Made by a program: the position numbers and the translations under genes. The notes under the pieces were generated by a model that did no database searches, was not told the DNA's origin, and saw only the letters and a program-made list of their open reading frames with translations. Of a stretch of 64,000 bases of DNA, positions 19,484 through 28,200 are shown one piece after another. The stretch covers positions 3,602 through 67,601 of the forward strand of contig JBGTMQ010000004.1 in NCBI GenBank assembly GCA_041743505.1, read 5' to 3'. Every line of letters begins with the position of its first letter. The first letter of the stretch is position 1. The DNA comes from Candidatus Saccharimonadia bacterium (GTDB taxonomy: Bacteria; Patescibacteriota; Saccharimonadia; UBA4664).

Positions 19484-20005
19484 ATGAATACATGGAGGGT
19501 TTTTGCATTTATTGATAGCCAAAATCTCAACTTAGGTGTACGCGACTTAGGCTGGAAAATCGACTACAGAAAGCTCCGTTTGTATCTAAAAAATAAGTAC
19601 AACGTTGATCGTGCTTTCATGTTTATTGGGCTGGTTGGCAATAATCAAAAGCTGTATACACAGCTACAGTCAGCCGGGTTTATCCTCGTATTTAAACCAA
19701 CCATTCGGTATTTTGAGAACGGTAAAGAAACAGTCAAGGGAAACGTCGATGCGGAACTTGTATTGCATGCTGCAGCTATTGAATACCCGAATTATGACAA
19801 AGCCATTATCGTCAGTGGTGACGGCGATTTCGCTTGCTTAATAGAGTTTTTAGTAGATAAGGACAAACTTCTTCATATTCTGACACCAAATGGAAAATAT
19901 TCGAAACTATTGAAGCCTTATGCCAAATACATCATTGAAATCGAAAAACTCAAAACATCACTAGAGTATCAAAAGACCGGCATCGGCGGTCGGTCGAAAC
20001 CTTAG
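19484..20005 (+). CDS. NYN-domain (LabA/PIN-like) predicted RNase
   Basis: 173 aa. FIDSQNL...VSGDGDF...L is characteristic of NYN/DUF88. Confidence 0.7.
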   Translation: MNTWRVFAFIDSQNLNLGVRDLGWKIDYRKLRLYLKNKYNVDRAFMFIGLVGNNQKLYTQLQSAGFILVFKPTIRYFENGKETVKGNVDAELVLHAAAIEYPNYDKAIIVSGDGDFACLIEFLVDKDKLLHILTPNGKYSKLLKPYAKYIIEIEKLKTSLEYQKTGIGGRSKP

Positions 20006-20130
20006 GCCTATCCGGTCATGATGATGTCTCCATTATATCAAGCAACTACAAGTTGTCAAGTTATCATTAATGTTGCCTAGTAAGCAAACCCCCGGCTCTT
20101 CTAATATCAAAGTAACCAGGCAACAAAACC

Positions 20131-20310
20131 ATGGCCTATAACACTTCTCTAGCCAACCGCATCCGCGAAAAATTATCGGACCAACAAACGCTCACCGAAA
20201 AGCGAATGTAGGGCCACGTGTATATTGACGGTGAACAATTCAAAGATGATGCCAACCTCGACCAGTGGCTAAAGCTGTGTTTAGACTATAACGCCAAGTT
20301 ATCGACTTAA
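20131..20310 (+). pseudogene. TfoX_N-like ORF fragment with in-frame TAG
   Basis: MAYNTSLANRIREKLSDQQTLTEKRM*GHVYIDGEQF... resembles TfoX N-domain proteins (..RMFGG..Y.DG.MF) but has a TAG at codon 27. It is also far shorter than a full domain. Confidence 0.3.
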
Positions 20311-20315
20311 TATTG

Positions 20316-20712
20316 TTAGCCCTCTAGGCTTTGAGCATATTGGTCGACCAGTAATTTGAACTCTTGCCACAATTCCTCATCAGCTTCTGGAGTTGTACCG
20401 CCCTGCCCAGCAAAATCTAACCTTCCGGCCACACCATAAAGTTGGTCTAATATCGCGTATTTTGGTTCTAATTTATCACCAAGTAGCTTTACGGGTGGCA
20501 TAACAAAACCTCCGACTAACGTGACAACCTGATTACCCACTATATATAATTCCATCTCACCCCGCTCCCGCTCAGCAATTGCGGCACGGCAATACTGCAC
20601 AAATAACCCAGGCTTACTTGCCTGAGCGGCAGCTCTAGTTGCCTTAAAGTAGTGATTTGAATTCAACTGAGAACTTGAGTGGATCATGATCGAATCGATT
20701 AATAATTGCATT
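20316..20712 (-). CDS. hypothetical protein, last gene of the repeat-protein operon
   Basis: 131 aa from Met MQLLIDS. The longer listed start would place the 20719-20753 hairpin inside the coding sequence. Confidence 0.45.
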
Positions 20713-20718
20713 GTAACA

Positions 20719-20753
20719 GTAGTGCGGGCGGTGTTACCCAACCCGCACTACTT
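20719..20753 (-). other. perfect 11-bp-stem hairpin between operon genes
   Basis: AGTAGTGCGGG cggtgttacccaa CCCGCACTACT. There is no U-tract on the minus strand. Possibly a processing, stability or attenuation element. Confidence 0.5.
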
Positions 20754-20783
20754 TAAATAAATTTCCTATCCGGTATGACCTTT

Positions 20784-21866
20784 TTACCAGTCACCCCGAT
20801 ACTCACCCTCATACCGCTCGTTGCGGTTCTGATTACGCTGACTCTGCCTACGTTCAGGCGTATCATCTTCCGGACGGTACTTGCTGCCACGGAAATTCTG
20901 CGGACCGTGATCCGCAAACGGCTCACGTCTATAGGTGACTTCCCCATCTGACTCGAAGTGGTAATGACCGTGATAGAGCTGGTCCGAGCCGATACCACCG
21001 AAGAATACATCGATGCTTCCATCAGGATTATGTCGAACTACAGCATCTTCTCGATACTGAACTGGAATAGCGGCAATGCTCAGAGCATCTTCTTTTGCCG
21101 CTTGAATCTCAGTTTTGCGGTCCTTGAATGCATCATGCGCCTCGATAAAACGACGCTTTGCGGTGCGAAAATCATCTCGCAAACGTACATGGGTATCTTT
21201 AGCGGACTTGAACTCCGCCCGTTCACGGTCAAACTCAGCCTTGGCAGCCTGGAACTCACGTTGCTTACGCTCGTGTTCTGCCTTAGCGTCGTTGAAGTCG
21301 CTGCGAGCACGATCAAAATCAAGTTTGGCTGACTGGAACGGAGACCGTGTTTCTTCCCACCTTGCCTGAGATTGGCGGATTTCATCAACAAGGTCACGCC
21401 GTTCCTCGACATAGCCCCGAGACTCATCCTTGTACCGGTGACCATCGTCAGCATATCCTCTAGCAGAAGCACCATCACCGCTGTTATGGGCGTCGGATGC
21501 ATTATCAAACGCATCCTTCATATTCTGATAGGCAGTTTCTTGATCACGGTTCAGGTCATCAATACGAGGACCATTGTAAGAACGGACGCGCTGGAGTTCT
21601 TCCCAGGCTGCCTGTTGGTCATCGTAAGCTCGCTGCTTGAGTTCGTAAGCTCGATCCATTTCGTCACGAGCAGCCTGTCGCCGCTGCCATGCATCATTCT
21701 GAGCTTCATACGCAGTCTGCTTTGCTGTATACGCTCGGTTCATGTCGTCCTGAGCAGCCTGTCGGCAATCCCAGGCTCGATCTTGGGCCTCCTGCGCGTC
21801 CTGCTTGCATGCAAACGCATGGTCCTGCACCGCCCGAAGGCGCTCAAGTTCACTGTCGCGAGGCAT
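20784..21866 (-). CDS. 14-residue tandem-repeat coiled-coil protein
   Basis: 360 aa. N-terminal array about 5x A(F/W/Y)xx(K/R)QxAxxxxxR. Central array 6x FxxAKxx(F/h)xxxRx(D/E), for example FQAAKAEFDRERAE. C-terminal Tyr/Gly/His-rich tail. Confidence 0.7.
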   Translation of the reverse strand: MPRDSELERLRAVQDHAFACKQDAQEAQDRAWDCRQAAQDDMNRAYTAKQTAYEAQNDAWQRRQAARDEMDRAYELKQRAYDDQQAAWEELQRVRSYNGPRIDDLNRDQETAYQNMKDAFDNASDAHNSGDGASARGYADDGHRYKDESRGYVEERRDLVDEIRQSQARWEETRSPFQSAKLDFDRARSDFNDAKAEHERKQREFQAAKAEFDRERAEFKSAKDTHVRLRDDFRTAKRRFIEAHDAFKDRKTEIQAAKEDALSIAAIPVQYREDAVVRHNPDGSIDVFFGGIGSDQLYHGHYHFESDGEVTYRREPFADHGPQNFRGSKYRPEDDTPERRQSQRNQNRNERYEGEYRGDW

Positions 21867-21900
21867 GTCAGTAGCCTATTCGTGTGAAGGGACTGGAAAA

Positions 21901-21922
21901 ACTCACGCGGGATTGCGTGAGT
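21901..21922 (-). promoter_or_regulatory. inverted repeat ACTCACGC-N6-GCGTGAGT at the start of the repeat-protein transcript
   Basis: Perfect 8-bp inverted repeat immediately downstream (on the minus strand) of the -10 at 21927-21932. Candidate operator or 5-prime stem-loop. Confidence 0.45.
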
Positions 21923-21926
21923 TGCG

Positions 21927-21956
21927 ATTATCACATAAAATATGCTACTTTGTCAA
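21927..21956 (-). promoter_or_regulatory. sigma70-like promoter TTGACA-N18-GATAAT with TG extension
   Basis: On the minus strand: ttgaca aagtagcatattttatgt gataat. Confidence 0.55.
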
Positions 21957-22117
21957 ACAAAAACAATCGGATTGCTGCTTCACAAGACCTTAAACATAAA
22001 TATACGGCCGGTATAATATAAATCTGCTATAACCTCACCCGACCGCAACCTCAGCGGTCAGGGTAACCGGGTCCGCATCCAGGGTCGCAGGCATGTCCCT
22101 TGCCCAGTCATCATCAT

Positions 22118-22164
22118 CATCATCAAAAATCAGGGTAGCTGACGAATGGATCGTTAGCTACCCT
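22118..22164 (-). terminator. intrinsic terminator after the acidic small gene
   Basis: AGGGTAGCTGACG / CGTTAGCTACCCT stem (one G-U pair), followed on the minus strand by GAUUUUUGAUG. Confidence 0.65.
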
Positions 22165-22168
22165 TGGG

Positions 22169-22519
22169 TTATTCGGCTGACACTCTCCTGAGCCATTCAC
22201 CCTGGGCTGCGGACTCCCGGTCCATCCAGTCGAGACAAGCGTCTTCGATGTTACTTTGAGTACTCAATATATGGCATTCATAGTCCCAGGCATAATCCAC
22301 GTTGGTACCTGGCGGAACATCATCTTTGCGGAAATCAGCCTCGGTTATGGCGAGACTGTAGACATCGTAAGTGTCTTGGCCGGCCACACCGAGCGCGGCG
22401 AGATGGGCCTCGATGTCTGCAGTGGTGGTTGGAATTTGTTCGAGTTCACGAGCCAGGACGAATTGGTAGAGTTTGCGGGCAGCGGCGCGGATCGCTGCAG
22501 AATACTCACGTTCGGCCAT
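22169..22519 (-). CDS. small acidic hypothetical protein, first gene of the island operon
   Basis: 116 aa from Met MAEREYSAAIR. AAAGGAG Shine-Dalgarno upstream. Divergent TTGATT-N16-TATAAT promoter at 22560-22587. Confidence 0.55.
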   Translation of the reverse strand: MAEREYSAAIRAAARKLYQFVLARELEQIPTTTADIEAHLAALGVAGQDTYDVYSLAITEADFRKDDVPPGTNVDYAWDYECHILSTQSNIEDACLDWMDRESAAQGEWLRRVSAE

Positions 22520-22559
22520 GTCACTCCTTTGGATAAGGTGCTGCCGGTTGCGTGGATTT

Positions 22560-22587
22560 ATTATAGATTGGACGGAACAATAATCAA
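22560..22587 (-). promoter_or_regulatory. sigma70 promoter TTGATT-N16-TATAAT
   Basis: Reverse complement of aatcaa...attata in the divergent intergenic region. Confidence 0.55.
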
Positions 22588-22618
22588 GAGAGCCGGCTTC
22601 TGCGCGAAAGCCCGAAGT

Positions 22619-22647
22619 TGACAATTTCAACTATATTTGGTATAATA
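22619..22647 (+). promoter_or_regulatory. consensus sigma70 promoter TTGACA-N17-TATAAT
   Basis: ttgaca atttcaactatatttgg tataat, then a GAGGTG Shine-Dalgarno and the ATG at 22685. Confidence 0.7.
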
Positions 22648-22684
22648 AAAAGGTCATAGTCTCATCCTGCAAGAGAGGTGAAGC

Positions 22685-22960
22685 ATGAGTGAGCCAACCG
22701 CCTTTGTGCCCAAGGAAGTTCCACCAACCCCACCGGGATCAAACCGTGAAGTTCTCGAAACCATGTTCCGTGCTGCCGGTATTGTGTTTTCCGTTTTCCC
22801 TCACCAGGAGCCTACATACCCCCCTCAGGTCGTCGCTGTATTCCACATCGAAGGCAACAGCCAAACACAACCACTGCCCGGGTGGGAAAGTCCCCACCTC
22901 TCCACGGACATTCTGTTCGACAAGGAAGGCAAGCTCCTGGCCGTTTGGCCTTCTGAGTAA
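22685..22960 (+). CDS. hypothetical small protein
   Basis: 91-aa ORF under a perfect promoter and good Shine-Dalgarno. No homology recognised. Confidence 0.5.
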   Translation: MSEPTAFVPKEVPPTPPGSNREVLETMFRAAGIVFSVFPHQEPTYPPQVVAVFHIEGNSQTQPLPGWESPHLSTDILFDKEGKLLAVWPSE

Positions 22961-23057
22961 ACCTACCACATTCTCCCGAGGAGGATATCGAGACGAAAGC
23001 ACTTACTAACCAGCGTCCATACATCCGATGCTAACCAGCTTATAGCTGGCTAGCCCA

Positions 23058-23098
23058 CCCCCTTCGCAAAGCATCAATCTGCGAAGGGGGTTTCATTG
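23058..23098 (+). terminator. intrinsic terminator
   Basis: CCCCCTTCGC ... GCGAAGGGGG, a 10-bp stem, followed by TTTCATTG. Confidence 0.65.
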
Positions 23099-23168
23099 TG
23101 CAAGTCATAAAATTATGTTAAAAACATGACACTGGTTTTTACGAAGCTACTACACGAGGAGCAGCGTC

Positions 23169-23657
23169 ATGACCACATGGCAAGACATCTATGAGCAACT
23201 CGTAAACGGCATTCCGCCCGAAGAAGACACAGCCCTTATCCGCCGGGAAAAGGGCAATATGGCTGCGGCCGACACCTGTATCAGCGAGTTTCTGGCGGGA
23301 CGACAACCGCCCTCGGAGGCCCCTATCGGCGTCAATTGGGACTGGGAAGCCTCCTTCATTCACGGACCAGGCCGCCGGCGGTCTACCTATAGCTTGGGTA
23401 TCAACCGTGACGGCACTTGGAACTTAACCGAGTCAGTACGCAACGACAAGGTGATGTACTTATTCTGCCTGTGCATACGGAATCTGCAAAACGGCAACTA
23501 CCAGGAGCAGTACCTCGGCCAACTTGACCCCATGCTGGATCGCCTCACCGATAACGAGTGGTACGCCTTTCGCCTGGCGCTGGGTACACTGATGCGCAAA
23601 TGCGATATCCCCTTCCCTACGCATGAGCCGGCTGTAGAGATTAATACTACTATGTAG
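23169..23657 (+). CDS. hypothetical protein
   Basis: 162-aa ORF with a GAGGAG Shine-Dalgarno. No homology recognised. Confidence 0.5.
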   Translation: MTTWQDIYEQLVNGIPPEEDTALIRREKGNMAAADTCISEFLAGRQPPSEAPIGVNWDWEASFIHGPGRRRSTYSLGINRDGTWNLTESVRNDKVMYLFCLCIRNLQNGNYQEQYLGQLDPMLDRLTDNEWYAFRLALGTLMRKCDIPFPTHEPAVEINTTM

Positions 23658-23791
23658 CCGACTGAGCCATTCGGCCTACCTCTCAACAACCACGAGTATA
23701 TCGAGCTCAGCTACTTCCTCTACGACTACTTCTACGACGTCTAAAACCAAGCGCCCGTCACCATTCACCGGTGGCGGGCCTCAACAATTGC

Positions 23792-24055
23792 CTATGCCCC
23801 AATCAAAGCGCGCAACAACCACTGGATAAATTGAAGGATCAAATACGCCACCAATGGCGACAAATCCAGACCAGGCATTATTTCCGGCAGCATCCGCCGC
23901 ACGGGCTCCAGTATTGGCTCAGTCAATGTCACTAGGCCCTGATAAAAACTATTCGTCGGACTGGCAACATAACTCATAACAATCCGCACAATCAACAGAA
24001 TGCTGAAGATCATTACGAACAAATCAACAAATGTCAGAATGACTAGTTGTATCAC
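23792..24055 (-). CDS. YggT-family membrane protein
   Basis: 87 aa with two TM helices. ...LTEPILEPVRRMLP...DLSP... is a YggT/Ycf19 signature. Confidence 0.7.
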   Translation of the reverse strand: MIQLVILTFVDLFVMIFSILLIVRIVMSYVASPTNSFYQGLVTLTEPILEPVRRMLPEIMPGLDLSPLVAYLILQFIQWLLRALIGA

Positions 24056-24315
24056 GGCGTTGCCAGATAGCTAATTTCCGTTGGTGACGGCAATTGCTCC
24101 GGGTTATCCCACAGCTGCACCGGACTACCATCGTCACGCACCACCATCACAGCCGGCCGCGCAAAAATTTCATAATGCTCAGCTAACTGAATACCACGCA
24201 GCGAATCAGCATCCAACAACTCGGCATGCACTTGATGCGGTTCAAGCCGTTTGGCCAGCTCCTGCATCTGGCGCTCACCCATGGTTCGGCGGTTGTAGAG
24301 AAGGTAGGTAATCAT
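24052..24315 (-). CDS. hypothetical small protein
   Basis: 87 aa. Its start overlaps the YggT stop by 4 nt. Confidence 0.4.
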   Translation of the reverse strand: MITYLLYNRRTMGERQMQELAKRLEPHQVHAELLDADSLRGIQLAEHYEIFARPAVMVVRDDGSPVQLWDNPEQLPSPTEISYLATP

Positions 24316-24326
24316 CTAGCGTTCAT

Positions 24327-24378
24327 TGTATCAAATAAAACCGCTCCAGGGTCACCCGAATACGGGAACCCTGGAGCG
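24327..24378 (-). terminator. intrinsic terminator
   Basis: CGCTCCAGGG...CCCTGGAGCG, a 10-bp stem, followed by GGUUUUAUUUG on the minus strand. Confidence 0.65.
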
Positions 24379-24395
24379 TACTTGCAAACCATCAT

Positions 24396-24959
24396 CTAGG
24401 CCACCCGGTACTCAAAGCTGCCATGAGTCACCAGCGCTTGAACCAGTAACGCCGGTAACACAGCGTCGCGCAGTGGTACGGGATCACCCGGAGTGAGCCG
24501 GTCCAGCTCATCCAAATCCCGGGCAATATCATGGCGCCTCACCAGTGTAATCACGCCGGCCCACGTCTTGGTCGTGATATCGTCATGAGGCACAAACACC
24601 CGGCAGCGGCTGATCACCTTCTGAGGATTACCACGCCGGTACTCCGAAAGACCGCTCGCACCCCTGGCATTAACATCCGGTCCAGCTCCCGGTACCTGGT
24701 GATGACCGCTCCGGCCTCTGCCCCGCCGGCCGCCACCTCCTTGGCCACGCGCCGCTTCCTCCCGCGATACAAACCGCCCGGCCTTGAGTAGGGCTTCACG
24801 GCGTTTAGCCAATAGTGCATTGTCCCACACCATAACTACCCGCTCCGGCTCGATCGCATTCAACGCCTCCGGCCTCACCAAACCCATCATCAAGTTCACG
24901 ATAGTCTGGCGCCTTACGCCCCGGTTAAACATATAACCGGTTTTCAACTCACTAGCCAT
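24396..24959 (-). CDS. hypothetical protein with central Gly/Arg-rich low-complexity segment
   Basis: 187 aa from Met MASELKTGYMF. GGAGGA Shine-Dalgarno 9 nt upstream. Contains GQGGGGRRGRGRSGHH. Confidence 0.5.
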   Translation of the reverse strand: MASELKTGYMFNRGVRRQTIVNLMMGLVRPEALNAIEPERVVMVWDNALLAKRREALLKAGRFVSREEAARGQGGGGRRGRGRSGHHQVPGAGPDVNARGASGLSEYRRGNPQKVISRCRVFVPHDDITTKTWAGVITLVRRHDIARDLDELDRLTPGDPVPLRDAVLPALLVQALVTHGSFEYRVA

Positions 24960-25187
24960 GGATATCAATCCTCCGCTCGGGTAGTCACCATTTTGTATCA
25001 CCCATTAACAAAAAATGGAGCCTCTCGGCTCCGGTATTTCGTTCTAGTGGGTGTGAAGAACCGAAGCCGCTACGCGTCACCAATCAGAATAAAGCCTACA
25101 AAGGCCCCGTTCGAAATCAGGTTTACGCGTACAGACTTCATAGATAAAGCCTAGAACAACAAACCACCCACGTCAAATGTCAATAAG

Positions 25188-25250
25188 AACGATAAACAAA
25201 GTAGCAGGGCCGGTTCCTCGGAGTGCATGACGCACCCAAAGAACCGGCCC
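25188..25250 (-). terminator. intrinsic terminator downstream of nrdJ
   Basis: GGGCCGGTTC ... GAACCGGCCC, a 10-bp perfect stem, with a U-rich tail on the minus strand. Confidence 0.6.
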
Positions 25251-25278
25251 AATGGTGGAACAGGTAGAGCTAGAAAAA

Positions 25279-28200
25279 TCAGCTGCAACCGCTGGTAGAG
25301 CCGCAGCCTTCGCAGACGTAGCACGAGCCAGCCGGCCGCATCTTCGTCCCGCAGGTCATGCACAAGGGCGCATCAACCGGCATCCGCGCGGTAAACACTT
25401 CACCCGCCGGCACTTGCTCCGGAATCACCGTCACAACACCCTGGGGCGCCTCAGTTTCCAGCCGGTCAGCCGGAGACTCCACCTGACCGTTCCGACGACC
25501 CGCCAACAGTTCAGCCGCTCCGCGGCGCTTTGGCATGCCGTACTGAGCAGTAATGCGGCGAGGATCTGTCGCATACTGCTTGTCAATTTCCTGCGTCCGC
25601 TCGGTTGCAGTGAAGATGCCCAGATCGGCCCGAATTGCAAACGGCAGGTAGTCAATAGCCAACCGCCTGAACAGGTAGTCCATCACCGACACCGGCAACC
25701 GGACATCCGGATCCTTGGTGATACCCGCCGGAGCAAAGTTCATGTTGATAAACTTTGCCACGAACGTCTCCAGCGGCACTCCATACTGGAGACCGATCGA
25801 GATCGCCACCGAGAAGGCGTCCATCAAGCCGGCCAGGGTTGACCCCTGCTTGCTCATCTTGATGAAAACCTCGCCTGGCTCACCATTGCCAACCGGACGG
25901 CCAAGATACTCCGACAGTTCGTCGTCGAGGTATTCGCCAACCGTGGCATATCCCTCAGCGCCGGCAATCGAGAACGAGATAGTTTCACCCGCCCGCCTCG
26001 ACGGCAACCGGCGGCGGTCAGGCCGGTGGTTTGCAATCTCAGACTCCAACTCTGCCACACGGGCCTTCAGTGCCTTAACGTCATCGCTGTCGGCGACGCT
26101 CGCCTTGGCATCCGACAGTGGCTGGCCCACTTTGCAGTTATCGCGGTAAATCGCCAGCGCCTTAACACCGAGCTTCCAGCTCTGGAAGTAGATTTCTCTG
26201 ACTTCCTCGACCGTAGCCGACTCCGGCATGTTCACCGTCTTAGAGATCGCCCCCGAAATAAACGGCTGGGTCGCCGCCATCATCCGGACGTGTCCCATGG
26301 GCGAGATAGCCCGTTCACCGACCGCACAGTCAAACACCTCGTAATGCTCGGCCAGAAGCCCTGGCGCGCCCATCACGTGGCCCTTTTCCTGCACATACTC
26401 CTTGATCGCCTTCACACTGTCCGGTGCGTAGCCCAAGTACTCAAGTGCCAGATGGACCGCCTGGTTGACAATCTGCATCGAACTGCCACCAACGAGCTTC
26501 TTGAACTTCACCAGCGAGAAATCGGGCTCGATGCCTGTGGTATCGCAGTCCATCATGAACCCAATGGTTCCCGTCGGTGCCAGCACCGAGAACTGGGAGT
26601 TGCGCCATCCATCGCGCTCACCAAGCTCAATCGCTTCGTCCCAAGCCTTGTAGGCCCGGGCAAAGAGATCACGATCATCGGCACCCATCGGCACAATTGC
26701 CTCGTTTGCCTCCCGATGCTGACGCATAACCCGCCGGTGGTGTTCAGCGTTGCGCTCGTAGCCCTGGTACGGGCCAACCACGCTAGCCAGCCGGGCACTC
26801 TGTCGCGCAGATACTGCCTGCATCAGGCTGGTAATCAGCGCAGCCGCCGAACGGCCACCTTCGGAGTCGTAACCCCGGCCGGTCGACATCAAAAACGCAC
26901 CAATGTTGGCGTACCCCAGCCCGAGCTGACGGTACTTGTGAGTAGTGTCAGCGATAGCCGGCGTCGGGAAATCCGCGAAACAAATCGAGATGTCCATGGC
27001 CGTAATCGCCAGCTCCACGCCATGCACGAACGTCTCAGCGTCGAACGAGCCGTCAGCCTTGCGGAACTTCATCAGATTGAACGACGCCAGGTTACAACTG
27101 GAGTTGTCCAAGTGATGGTACTCCGCGCATGGATTCGAGGCCGTAATGCGCCCCGTATCCGGACAGGTATGCCACCGGTTAATGGTGCCGTCATACTGAA
27201 CGCCAGGGTCGGCGCATTCCCAAGCCGCACGAGCCATCTTATCGAACAGCTCGCGAGCGTCCACCTCCCAGGTCTGGTCAGTAATCCGGGCCCGCAACAG
27301 GTGCATCCCGCCGTCCTCCACGGCCTGCATGAATTCGTCACTCACACGAACCGAGTTGTTGGCATTCTGATACTGCACCGAGAAGCTGTCGCTGCCACTG
27401 AGATCCATATCGAACCCGGCATCCCGCAGCGCCTTGATCTTCTTTTCCTCATGCGCCTTGGTCTCGATAAAGTCCCCGACATCAGGATGGTCCACATCAA
27501 GCAGCACCATCTTGGCCGCCCGTCGGGTTGCCCCGCCAGACGAGATAGTCGCAGCAGATGAGTCCGCCCCCCGCATAAAGGAAACCGGTCCCGACGGTGT
27601 ACCGCCGGCCGACAACAGCTCCCTGCTGGAGCGAATCCTGGACAGGTTAAGACCTGCACCCGAACCGCCCTTAAAGATCAGCCCCTCTTCGCGGTACCAG
27701 TTGAGAATCGAGTCCATCGTGTCATCGACGCTCAGTATGAAGCAGGCCGAAACCTGCTGCGCCCGGCCCTCCCAGCCCACATTGAACCAGACCGGCGAGT
27801 TGAAGCTGAACACCTGGTGCAGCAGCATGTAGGTCAGCTCGTGCTCAAAAACGAGGGCGTCCTCATTCGTAGCAAAGTAGCTGAACCTTTTGCCGGTCTT
27901 CACGTACTGACCCACAACCCGGTCAATCAATTGCTTCAGCGAGTGCTCCCGCTTCGGCGTCCCCCGCTGGCCGCGAAAGTACTTGGTCGTCACGATATTA
28001 ACCGCATTGATCGACCAGGACGTCGGAAATTCCACACCGGACTGCTCGAAATTGACCGTTCCATCCCGCCAGTTGATCATTTGGACGTCGCGAGACGTCC
28101 ACTCAACCTCATCATACGGGTGGGTACCAACAGTCGTAAACCGGCGCTCAAACGTTAATCCACTGCCTCGGACCGGGTTATGACCCTGAAACGGGCCGTC

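Noticed and set aside
26026-27561. 511-aa plus-strand ORF
   Set aside because: It lies entirely antisense within nrdJ, whose RNR motifs are unambiguous. A long antisense open frame is expected in GC-rich coding DNA.
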